Source: a virus
Length of the DNA: 64,000 bases
Virus record (IMG/VR): IMGVR_UViG_3300009169_000001
Coordinates: 36,395 to 100,394 of that record
Direction: 5' to 3' (one strand)
Under the pieces are notes generated by a model. It was given only the letters and a program-made list of their open reading frames with translations. It searched no databases and was not told the origin of the DNA. The translations under genes were made by a program, and so were the position numbers. The first letter of the stretch is position 1. Each line of letters opens with the position of its first letter. This document shows, one piece after another, positions 29,249-38,200 of the stretch.

Positions 29249-31102
29249 ATGGCCATAACGAAGGTACCGAAGCCGGACGCGCCTACCAGTAAGGTGACGT
29301 TTGCAGGGATCCCGATCAAGAAGCGGGACACCCAAGCCACGGTCGTGGACAACTTGATGTACGAGGACCAGTTCGCTGGACTGTACTGGAGTGACGTCAA
29401 CGCCACCAACCTGCTGATCGAGCCGCCGTACAACCCCAAGGTACTGTTCGGGCTGGTCACCAAGAACAACATCCTGTCCCAGTGCATCTCCGCCATGGAG
29501 GTGAACGTGGACGGCACCGGCTACACCATTGAGCCGGTAGACGAGACCAGCAACGCCGATCCTGACGATGAGTACAAGACGCTGGACGCGTTCCTGAAGG
29601 AGCCGTTTCCAGAGGTCGGGCTCATCAGCATCCGCCGCCGACTTCGCATAGACCTTGAGTCCACGGGCAACGCCTACCTTGAAGTGCTACGCAGTTTGGC
29701 GGGCGATGTGACCTTCCTGCGCTGGGTAGACTCGACCGACATGAGACTGGTCAAGCTCGACGAAGCCGTGGAAGTGGAGAAGCAGATTACCCGCAACGGC
29801 AAGAAGGTCACGGCCAAGATGCTGACGCGGGAGCGTCGATACGCCCAGAAGGTAGGTGAGCAGACCATATTCTTCAAGGAGTTTGGGGCCAGCCGAGAGA
29901 TCGATCGTAACACGGGCGAATGGGTGGATGGCAAGAATCAAGGGGCCAAGGTCACCAAGGCCGACAAGGAACAGACGCTGGGCACGGAGATCATCCACCT
30001 GAAGGTGAACCCTGACGCCAACAGTGCGTACGGCCTGCCCCGCTGGATCAACCAAGTCCCCAGCGTACTAGGTAGCCGCAAGGCCGAAGAGTTCAATCTG
30101 GAGTTCTTCGACTCCGGCGGTGTGCCGCCTGCAGCCATCTTCATCCAAGGGGGGGCTGTCGCCGATGACGTGACCCAGCAGCTGAAGGCCTACTTCAACG
30201 GTGACGCCAGCAGCAAGCACAGGGTAGCCATCGTGGAGGTGCAGAGCGCGTCCGGTAGCTTGGCCAACCCCGGCTCTGTGAAGGTGACCACTGAGCGCTT
30301 CGGTGAGTCCAAGAACGACGCCATGTTCCAAGACTACGACAAGAACTGCGAGGAGCACATTCGCGTGGGCTTCCGTCTGCACCCGTTGTTCCTCGGTAGG
30401 GCACAGGACTACAACTTTGCTACCGCCATGACCGGGTACATGGTGACCGAGGCGCAGGTGTTTGCCCCTGAGCGGGTTGAGTTTGATGAAATCATCAACA
30501 ACAAGATTGTCCGGGCCATGGGCATAACCAAGTGGACCATGAAATCCAAGCCGCTGACTATCAAGAACGTTGAGGTCCAGCTGTCGGCCATGGAGCTGGT
30601 AAAGACCATGATCGACCCCGAGGACCTGATTGGGTCCGTGAACGACATGGTATCGCTGGACCTGAAGTACTCGAAGGAAGCACACGACAAGCACTTGGAG
30701 TCCCTAAACCCGATCCCGCCCGCTATGCCCGGCCAGCCTGCCGCCGGTGGCAAGGTGACGCCCGCTGCAGTAGGGAAGCCGAAGACCACGCAGCCCAGCA
30801 ACGTGACGCCCATCAAAGACGCCAAGGATACGCGCCGAGGTAAGCTGGTGAAGAAAGCTGAGGAGATGGACGCTGAGGACGTGGTGACGCTGGTCACCGA
30901 TTGGTCTATCGCCATGGGTCTGGAAGTAGGCGAGATCGACGACGAGGCCGTGACTCACGTCCTGAAGGCGGCCCGCGACCTGAATGACTCGCAGCGCAGG
31001 ATCTTCAACAACGTATTGGCGACCAAGGCCTTTGTGGGCGTGGGCATAGACGCCGAGGGCTTGGCTGCGATAGCAGGGTGCTGCGCTCACGCAATGGAGT
31101 AG
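29249..31102 (+). CDS. portal protein
   Basis: IEPPY, DLESTGNAYLEV, YGLPRW, FFDSGGVP, DYNFATA; precedes the head genes. Confidence 0.88.
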   Translation: MAITKVPKPDAPTSKVTFAGIPIKKRDTQATVVDNLMYEDQFAGLYWSDVNATNLLIEPPYNPKVLFGLVTKNNILSQCISAMEVNVDGTGYTIEPVDETSNADPDDEYKTLDAFLKEPFPEVGLISIRRRLRIDLESTGNAYLEVLRSLAGDVTFLRWVDSTDMRLVKLDEAVEVEKQITRNGKKVTAKMLTRERRYAQKVGEQTIFFKEFGASREIDRNTGEWVDGKNQGAKVTKADKEQTLGTEIIHLKVNPDANSAYGLPRWINQVPSVLGSRKAEEFNLEFFDSGGVPPAAIFIQGGAVADDVTQQLKAYFNGDASSKHRVAIVEVQSASGSLANPGSVKVTTERFGESKNDAMFQDYDKNCEEHIRVGFRLHPLFLGRAQDYNFATAMTGYMVTEAQVFAPERVEFDEIINNKIVRAMGITKWTMKSKPLTIKNVEVQLSAMELVKTMIDPEDLIGSVNDMVSLDLKYSKEAHDKHLESLNPIPPAMPGQPAAGGKVTPAAVGKPKTTQPSNVTPIKDAKDTRRGKLVKKAEEMDAEDVVTLVTDWSIAMGLEVGEIDDEAVTHVLKAARDLNDSQRRIFNNVLATKAFVGVGIDAEGLAAIAGCCAHAME

Positions 31103-31107
31103 TGGGC

Positions 31108-33351
31108 ATGACGGTAAAAGTTGAGGCTTTCCTAGCGATTGAGGATAGCCTGACCGCTCGTTTACAGAAGACCTACACGCGACTGGCCCGTGGGTACGAG
31201 CGTGCGGTGCAGGCAGCCATGGCCGAAGGTGATGTGCTAAAGGCGCAGGCCGTCGCCGAGAGCATCGACATGACCCCGGTCTACACCGAGAACGAGTCAT
31301 TCATCCGCATGCAGACCTACGCCTCGCTGACGTTCGGGGCCACACGCCTGACACCCGAGCCCAAGGACACGTCTGTTTCCACAGGTATCTACTCCGGCCT
31401 CGTGAACCGCATGATGAAGAAGCTGAAGGCCGAGATCGTCGGCACGTTCACGCAACGCGTGCAAGACATGATGGTGCAGTTAATTGCACAGGAAGGTGCG
31501 GGCGAGACTGTTGATGAACTGGTCGTACAGAAATACAACGAGAACCAACCCCGTGAGCCCAAGGGGTCCCCCATCGGTGGCCGCTTCAAGGGTGGTGGTG
31601 GCGGCACGGGCCGCACCCTGTACCATGTGACCCTGACCTCACGTGTAGAGGCCATCCAAGAGAAGGGTCTGCTACCCATGCAGACCAGCAACTGGATTCA
31701 AGCAGGTAGCGGCCAGCGCTATGGTGCGGGGGAGGTGTACGCCTTTGAGTCCAAGAAGGATGCGATTCGATGGGCCGCACGCTGGGACTGGCAATTGAAC
31801 AAGGCCACCGGCACCGGTGACGTGAGCATACTGGAGGTGGACAGTGATCCAGATGACTGGCAGGTAGATGAGAACGACCCGCTGAGCCAAGCAGGCGGCG
31901 AGGGGCGCTGGTTCAAGCGCATGGCGAGGATACCCCCTGAGTTTATCGGAAAGCCGTCCAAGGTCACTGCAGAGGCCATACGCTCGATCGTTATGGTGGC
32001 GAAGTACGACAAGAACCAACCCCGTGATCCCAAAGGCAGCCCCACCGGGGGTCAATGGACTTCACAGTACGCGTCCAGTGCGGATAACCCTGACGGCCTA
32101 CCCATGGATCAGGCCTCACGCTTGGAGAGGGCCCGACAGCAGGGCTTCGACACGAGCCGGGTGCTGTACCATGGGTCCAAGCAGGACATCAACGAGTTCA
32201 AGCCGGGCTACGATGATGGGCTGATCTTCCTGACCACCAACCCGGAGTTCGCGGCCAAGTGGATTCATGGCACCGGCGGCCTACGTACAAGAACGACGGG
32301 CCCCTCGGGAGAGCTGTGGGCCGACCAAGAGTACGATGCCCTGAGGGAGCGCATGAGGCCCCTACGGGCCAATTACCCTGAGGGAGACGACGGGGATACC
32401 GCGTACTATGACATGGTGTACGCCGAGAGAGCCAAGCTGGTATCCGCTAGTGCGGTGGACTCAGCGGTGTACCCCGTGTACCTGCGCGTGCACCCTGAGC
32501 AGATCTTCGACCCCCGTACCCAGTGGGCTGAGATCGAGGACACTCTCCGGGAGATCGGCAGGAAGCGACTACGGGAGACCGGTGAGGACCAAGGGTGGGA
32601 CAAGCTGATCGCCGAGGGCAGGCACAAGGAAGGTAACTGGATCATCTACGAGCGCAAGGAAGTGGTGCGGGCCCTCAATGGCATGGGATACAACGCCATG
32701 TGGATCCGTGAGTCCGCACTGCAGGATGCACCCACCGAGACCATTGCGGTGTTCGACCCTAGTGACATTCGATCCGTGAATGCGGTGTTCGACCCCAAGC
32801 ACCAGTTCAGCAAGAACATCCTCAAGTATGATGAGAACCAGCTTAGGGACAGCAGGGGTAGGTGGGCCACAATGTGGCATCTGACTGATAACCCTCAGTT
32901 TGCGTTAGATTCGGCACGCACCCCGGAGAAGAACACCTCGATGGGTCTGGGGGTTAAGCCGGGACTTTTTGTTGCTAAGGATCTGGAGCCATGGGTCAAT
33001 GGCTACGACTACGTGCGCCCGTTTGCAGTGGAGCTGAAGGTGCCACTGGATTTGTCCACCCCTGATCCCGGCATGTATGGCGGGGAGCGGTTTATTCCGG
33101 CGGAGAGATTTGGTGATGTGGAGGTATCCCGCGTGATACCTCTCGATGCGTATGCGCGTGAGGTCTACAATGACTATGGTTGGCTGGAATCGTGGCGGGA
33201 CTCACCCCCTATGGGCCAGAAACCTCCCGAGCGGTGGTACACAGGCCCTGACGTCCGGGTGATGCCTAAGAAACAACAGCGGGCGTACATTCAACTCGCG
33301 CAAGAGTATTTACGTGCTAACCGCCCATGGGTGTTGGACGAGCAGGAGTAA
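31108..33351 (+). CDS. polyprotein: MuF/gp7-like N-terminal region + three tagged ADP-ribosyltransferase-fold domains
   Basis: Helical N-terminal ~140 aa directly after portal; tags at 31522, 31993, 32815; domains LYHVT..GL.P..IPPE, LYHGS..VYPVYL..VFDP.DIRS, MWHLT..GLFV..ERFIP. Confidence 0.7.
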   Translation: MTVKVEAFLAIEDSLTARLQKTYTRLARGYERAVQAAMAEGDVLKAQAVAESIDMTPVYTENESFIRMQTYASLTFGATRLTPEPKDTSVSTGIYSGLVNRMMKKLKAEIVGTFTQRVQDMMVQLIAQEGAGETVDELVVQKYNENQPREPKGSPIGGRFKGGGGGTGRTLYHVTLTSRVEAIQEKGLLPMQTSNWIQAGSGQRYGAGEVYAFESKKDAIRWAARWDWQLNKATGTGDVSILEVDSDPDDWQVDENDPLSQAGGEGRWFKRMARIPPEFIGKPSKVTAEAIRSIVMVAKYDKNQPRDPKGSPTGGQWTSQYASSADNPDGLPMDQASRLERARQQGFDTSRVLYHGSKQDINEFKPGYDDGLIFLTTNPEFAAKWIHGTGGLRTRTTGPSGELWADQEYDALRERMRPLRANYPEGDDGDTAYYDMVYAERAKLVSASAVDSAVYPVYLRVHPEQIFDPRTQWAEIEDTLREIGRKRLRETGEDQGWDKLIAEGRHKEGNWIIYERKEVVRALNGMGYNAMWIRESALQDAPTETIAVFDPSDIRSVNAVFDPKHQFSKNILKYDENQLRDSRGRWATMWHLTDNPQFALDSARTPEKNTSMGLGVKPGLFVAKDLEPWVNGYDYVRPFAVELKVPLDLSTPDPGMYGGERFIPAERFGDVEVSRVIPLDAYAREVYNDYGWLESWRDSPPMGQKPPERWYTGPDVRVMPKKQQRAYIQLAQEYLRANRPWVLDEQE

Positions 33352-33355
33352 CTAT

Positions 33356-33550
33356 ATGAACTACCCCAAACTGATCGCGAGAAACAAATACGATGGTGCT
33401 GGTGTGTGGGTACTGGGCGAGGGCCGCAATGCCCCGGCTGTTATCAGCGTGGAAGCGCCTGACCCTGAGACGGCGGTGACCAGACCCCTGCAGGCACTGG
33501 TAGCCCACCTCGATCTGGGTGAATGGCAGAAGGTCACGGATACTGACTGA
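33356..33550 (+). CDS. small partner protein (putative immunity), 64 aa
   Basis: GGAG RBS, directly after an effector polyprotein. Confidence 0.5.
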   Translation: MNYPKLIARNKYDGAGVWVLGEGRNAPAVISVEAPDPETAVTRPLQALVAHLDLGEWQKVTDTD

Positions 33551-35616
33551 TGTACGAGATCCTCAAGTTCGACGAGAGCCAACCACGCCACCCCAAAGGC
33601 AGCCCCGAGGGAGGCCAGTGGAGCGGGGCCCCCGTTCCCAAACTGGGCAAATACGCCCGCATGGTCATAGAGCAGGTGAACTCCAACACGTGGTACCACG
33701 GGAGCAGACGCAACCTCGACATTGACAATCTGGACCTCGACCAACCCATCTACCTGACGGAGTCTGCCCGGTACGCCAGCTACTATGCCGCAGGGGAAGC
33801 CACGGGCAGCCCACTCTCATTTAATCCCGCCAAGGACACACCCCTCCCTGACTTGAGCTACGAGGAGTGGGAAGCCGAGATTGAGGCGTCCGCCAAGACC
33901 CTGAAGCAACCCCTCGACACCGACCAGCAGTACACGCGCCTACGGGAATTGGAGGAGCTTGAGAACAAGTACCAAAGTGACAGGATCATGCACCAGATCG
34001 AGATCATCCCCGATGATGTTTGGGCCACGATTGAAGCCAAGTGGCAGGCGCAGAAGCCTGAGCTGGATGCACTGCGGGCCCGATGGGAAGAAGCGGATAA
34101 ATTGCGGGACGCCCATTTCCGCCTGATCAACCGGAGATACGGGCGGCCCCAGATATACCCAGTGAAGCTGGAGATCAAAGCCCCCTACCTGACCACCAAT
34201 GAAGATTTCATTCTAGGCTTTGAAGGCGGGCTCTCCATTAAGGAGGACGAAGACATCCAGCGACTATTGGCCAAGGGCTACGACTCCATTGTGTGGACAC
34301 CCAGCGCTGAAGAGATGGATGGATTCGAAGACTTCGGGAAGATGCAAGGGTACGCCTACGGCTCAGAACTACTGATCATTGACCCCAAGGTGATCAAGAA
34401 AATCCGCTCTGTTTACCGCAAGAGAGACCGCGTCCAGTTTTTGTCCGGGACAGACCTGCGCGTCCTGAAGTACGACCAAAATCAAAAAAGACACCCCAAG
34501 GGTCACCCGAAAGGGGGGCAGTGGGCGGATGAGGGCGCAGAAAACAGCGCACCACTGGCCGAAAGACTGACCAGTTTCATGGAAGAATTGTGGGCTACGA
34601 CGGACCCACACCCCTTCGCACATGGCATGCGGTTGACCAAGGACTGGGTGGGTTTGGAGGTGAGGCCGTTCGATAACGCGATCCACCTGAGTTCGATCAT
34701 GTCGTTTGTGCCCAAGGGCAAAGGGGCAGGCACCAGAGGTTTGTTGCAGTTAATTGCACTGGCAGACAAGCATCAGGTCGACATCACCGGGTTTGTAAAG
34801 CCGATCGAGAATGCGGGGTCTGATGAAGGTAAGCCGAGCCTGACCAAGAAGCAGCTGCACAAGTGGTACGCCAAGCATGGCTTCAAGAAGGACAAGGCGG
34901 GGGACTACATCCGACGCACGCCCAAGGTTGAGGTTGAGAAGTACAGCAAAGACCAGCCCCGACACCCGAAGGGCACGCGTGAAGGGGGACGCTTCGCTTC
35001 TTCAGGCAACCATGCGCTGGCCAACAATGGACGGGCCGCCCTGCGCCGGAAAGGCTTTGATCCAGATCAAGTGCTTCGGGATTTGAAGAAAGAACAGGCC
35101 AAATTCACCAAGAATGGCGCGAATTTGGGCATTCGGGTCGACGCCGACCTCGATCAAGAGGCCCTGCCTACTGAGGAACTGACTCGGATCATGAAAATGT
35201 TCCCGGCGAAGAGCTACGAGGGCTGGACCTTGGCACATGGTGAGGAGTTCGTCTCCCCAGCCACACCACCCCCGATCAAACTGGGCACACCGAAGCAATG
35301 CTTTGCCAACGCGGGCAAGTACGTGGCCATGGACTCCGTGTTCGCCAAGGATGATGTGGAGTATGTGGAGGGCTTTGTGATGGACGCTCGCCTGCCATTC
35401 CCTATCCACCACGCGTGGTACGTGAAGAGCGGGACCAATGAGGTAATCGACCCCACGATGGGCTGGAGACCCGGAGCTGCCTACTATGGTGTGCGCTTCG
35501 ATCGGGCATTCCTGCGCAAGAAGCTGTTCGACCAGAAATACTATGGCCTATTCACCGATGGCCTGCGGCCCCTGCCGCTGATACTAGGTGAAGATGAGGA
35601 CTACGACTACACATGA
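33550..35616 (+). CDS. polyprotein: tagged ART-like + GNAT + papain/transglutaminase-like domains
   Basis: Tags at 33556, 34459, 34930; WYHGS..IYPVKL..GYDS; KGKGAGT..WYAKHGF; CFANA..HHAW..IDPT. Confidence 0.75.
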   Translation: MYEILKFDESQPRHPKGSPEGGQWSGAPVPKLGKYARMVIEQVNSNTWYHGSRRNLDIDNLDLDQPIYLTESARYASYYAAGEATGSPLSFNPAKDTPLPDLSYEEWEAEIEASAKTLKQPLDTDQQYTRLRELEELENKYQSDRIMHQIEIIPDDVWATIEAKWQAQKPELDALRARWEEADKLRDAHFRLINRRYGRPQIYPVKLEIKAPYLTTNEDFILGFEGGLSIKEDEDIQRLLAKGYDSIVWTPSAEEMDGFEDFGKMQGYAYGSELLIIDPKVIKKIRSVYRKRDRVQFLSGTDLRVLKYDQNQKRHPKGHPKGGQWADEGAENSAPLAERLTSFMEELWATTDPHPFAHGMRLTKDWVGLEVRPFDNAIHLSSIMSFVPKGKGAGTRGLLQLIALADKHQVDITGFVKPIENAGSDEGKPSLTKKQLHKWYAKHGFKKDKAGDYIRRTPKVEVEKYSKDQPRHPKGTREGGRFASSGNHALANNGRAALRRKGFDPDQVLRDLKKEQAKFTKNGANLGIRVDADLDQEALPTEELTRIMKMFPAKSYEGWTLAHGEEFVSPATPPPIKLGTPKQCFANAGKYVAMDSVFAKDDVEYVEGFVMDARLPFPIHHAWYVKSGTNEVIDPTMGWRPGAAYYGVRFDRAFLRKKLFDQKYYGLFTDGLRPLPLILGEDEDYDYT

Positions 35617-37601
35617 TGGACCTCCACGACGACGAGTACCTGTACCTCAACCAATCGGTGGAAGGCCAGCCGATTGAGCCTGATGAGATGGCGATGCTGG
35701 CAACGACCAGCCTGATGCGCATCCTCAAGTACAGCAAGGACCAGCCGAGGGCCCCGAAGGGTACGGCTATCGGGGGCCAGTTCGTGGATGATCTGGAAGC
35801 GGGGCTTGCCATGACCCGTACGAAGATTTTGGCACTGGGCAACAAGTCTGGCATGGAGCACTTGGCGGTGTTGGGCCCTGATGGCAAGCTGGCGGTCGAT
35901 ATCAAGCGCGGCAACAAGAGCAGCGTGGAGTTCACTCCCGAGATGCTGAAGCTGTTCGAGATGGAGGAGAACGACTACCTGCTGGTGCACAACCACCCGA
36001 AGACGTCATCGCTCTCTATGGCGGATCTGACCGCAACCATGTTCCCCGGCGTCAAGGCCATTGAGGCCGTAGCCAGTGATGGGCCCAACAACATTGCGTT
36101 CCGGGGGTCCATGATCATTGGTAAGGATCTGGACAGCGAAGAGCTGCGCAACACCATAGGCGGGTACCTGCGCAACATGAACACCCGGATCGGTGACCAT
36201 ATCTTCAAGCCGCTGTCGGAGAAAATGACTTCAGGTGACATCACCTCTTTTGAGGCTAACCTGTTCCACACCCACTCGGTCAATGAGGTGCTCCGGAGGG
36301 CCAAGGTCACCGACTACAAGGTGGAGGATCCCACCGGGATGCTGCCCAAGATCGAGAAAAAGGTACGCAAGAGCGTAGCGTGGGATGATGTTCTGAAAGC
36401 CGCCCAGAAAGATCTGGAGGGTATGGTGGATATGGAGTTCCTGCAGGAAGACATCGCTGCCCATGAGAGCGAGCGAGTGCACAAGGCCGACTGGTTCGTG
36501 GGCCTCATCGACCCTCCCACTCTGGAGTACGCCACCACCGAAGAGCTGCGGGAGTGGAAAGCCGATCTGGACGCTATGCCCATGTTCGCAGACAAGCCTG
36601 ACATGGTGCGGGATGTGCACGCCGCTCTGGCAGCGCGAGGCCAGTACGCGTTCATCCTCAAGTACAGCGAGAATCAGCCCCGAGACCCTAAGGGCACTCC
36701 CACCGGAGGCCAGTGGTCGGCGACGGGGGGTGAGGCAGGCAACACTTACGGTGCAATTAATGTCAATAGCGGGGCGGTGCGTTACCGGGAGGATGCACTT
36801 CTCGATGCCATGGTGCAACGCGGGACGTTTACCGAGCCTAAGGCCATTGATCTACTCAACCGTGCCGATGAAAACCTTCGGGGGGTACTGGCTGAGGCCG
36901 ACATCGTGATCAACCGCAGGACCCTTGAAGTGCTCGCAGGCATTGCCATGGACGGGCGCATCAAATCTCAGTTCGAGACTGGCAAGTCCGATGGCATGCT
37001 GGACCCCAATTTCCGGAGCAAGGCTGAGAGCATGTTGTTCGGCATCGATCACCATGATGACGATGAGGACCTCTGGGATGAAGATGGGGGCCGCAAGCCC
37101 GGCAGCAAGATCAAGGAGTTCCCCCCTGCGCTGCGCCCTATCTATGGGTACGCGAAAGATGAGGATGATGATTTCGATGTGGCCTCTGAGTACGGGCGCT
37201 ACCAGCTGGTACTGAAGAATTCTGTGCGGGAGCGCACTACCATTACCGGGGGCGACAGTCTGGACTACTCGTTCGATGACCCACGCTACATGCCCTCCCC
37301 GATCGATAGCCCCTCGGTGGTGTCGTTTACCAACCACAGCGACCCTGATGAGGCAGCCAACTTTGCGGAGGTCGCCGCCAATGGTGGACTGGGTAACACC
37401 AAGGACATCCGGGCACACGTGCGGTACAGCGGCTATCTTGAGGTCCAGATCCATGGGGGCGTCAAGCTGTCCGATGTCAAGAAGCTGCGGGTGCCCAAGC
37501 CGGTGGTCGATCAGGAGCAGTATCGGGAGCAGGCTGAAGTGATCATGCAGATGTACCGTGACGCCGGGATAGAGGTCGAAGTTTACGAGTTTGACAGGTA
37601 A
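35613..37601 (+). CDS. polyprotein: tagged JAB/MPN-like + DUF3626-like domains
   Basis: Tags at 35718, 36651; E..HNHP..SLS..D; KSQFETG, RPIYG, YG, RTT..GDS, YLEVQIHG. Confidence 0.7.
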   Translation: MMDLHDDEYLYLNQSVEGQPIEPDEMAMLATTSLMRILKYSKDQPRAPKGTAIGGQFVDDLEAGLAMTRTKILALGNKSGMEHLAVLGPDGKLAVDIKRGNKSSVEFTPEMLKLFEMEENDYLLVHNHPKTSSLSMADLTATMFPGVKAIEAVASDGPNNIAFRGSMIIGKDLDSEELRNTIGGYLRNMNTRIGDHIFKPLSEKMTSGDITSFEANLFHTHSVNEVLRRAKVTDYKVEDPTGMLPKIEKKVRKSVAWDDVLKAAQKDLEGMVDMEFLQEDIAAHESERVHKADWFVGLIDPPTLEYATTEELREWKADLDAMPMFADKPDMVRDVHAALAARGQYAFILKYSENQPRDPKGTPTGGQWSATGGEAGNTYGAINVNSGAVRYREDALLDAMVQRGTFTEPKAIDLLNRADENLRGVLAEADIVINRRTLEVLAGIAMDGRIKSQFETGKSDGMLDPNFRSKAESMLFGIDHHDDDEDLWDEDGGRKPGSKIKEFPPALRPIYGYAKDEDDDFDVASEYGRYQLVLKNSVRERTTITGGDSLDYSFDDPRYMPSPIDSPSVVSFTNHSDPDEAANFAEVAANGGLGNTKDIRAHVRYSGYLEVQIHGGVKLSDVKKLRVPKPVVDQEQYREQAEVIMQMYRDAGIEVEVYEFDR

Positions 37602-37645
37602 CCTCGCCCCACCGACAATTGCCCTACGCGCCAAGAGACACCACC

Positions 37646-38194
37646 ATGAAGAACCTGCTGAAGATCCTCAAGTACGACGTGAACCAACCCCGAGATAAGA
37701 ACGGGATGTGGACCAAAGGCGGTGGCGGCGGTAAGGCCAACTTATCGCTAGGCTCAGCGAATAGCCTACCCAATCCGACCTCGATCCTGAACGCGATTAC
37801 GGCCCAGTATGGCGGCAGCACCGAGAGGGTGGTGTACAACCCCGAATACCCAGAGTCGCAGCCCCTGATGGTGGAGGAGGACTCTCAGCGCGAGCGCCTG
37901 AGGGCGGACCTGTTGCAGTCCGGGTGGGTGAATACCAAGATCCAGAGCTATGAGGCCACCTATTACGGCAGGATGGCGGATACGGACCACGTGTTCGAGC
38001 ACCCCCTGAGCAAAACCTCCCAGATCATCATTCGAAACAATAATCCTCGAATAGATATTCGGGGCACGCGCAAGCCAAAGCCCGGCGAGCGCAAGCCAGC
38101 GCCCGGTAGCGATGAGGCGGAAGGCTGGAGTTTTATGCCAGACCCCAATAATCCGGGCAATGGCTTCCACATACCTCCGGACTGGTATGGCTAA
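37646..38194 (+). CDS. tagged protein of unknown function
   Basis: MKNLLKILKYDVNQPRDKNGMW; own promoter TTGACA(37591)-17-GACAAT. Confidence 0.65.
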   Translation: MKNLLKILKYDVNQPRDKNGMWTKGGGGGKANLSLGSANSLPNPTSILNAITAQYGGSTERVVYNPEYPESQPLMVEEDSQRERLRADLLQSGWVNTKIQSYEATYYGRMADTDHVFEHPLSKTSQIIIRNNNPRIDIRGTRKPKPGERKPAPGSDEAEGWSFMPDPNNPGNGFHIPPDWYG

Positions 38195-38200
38195 AAACAT

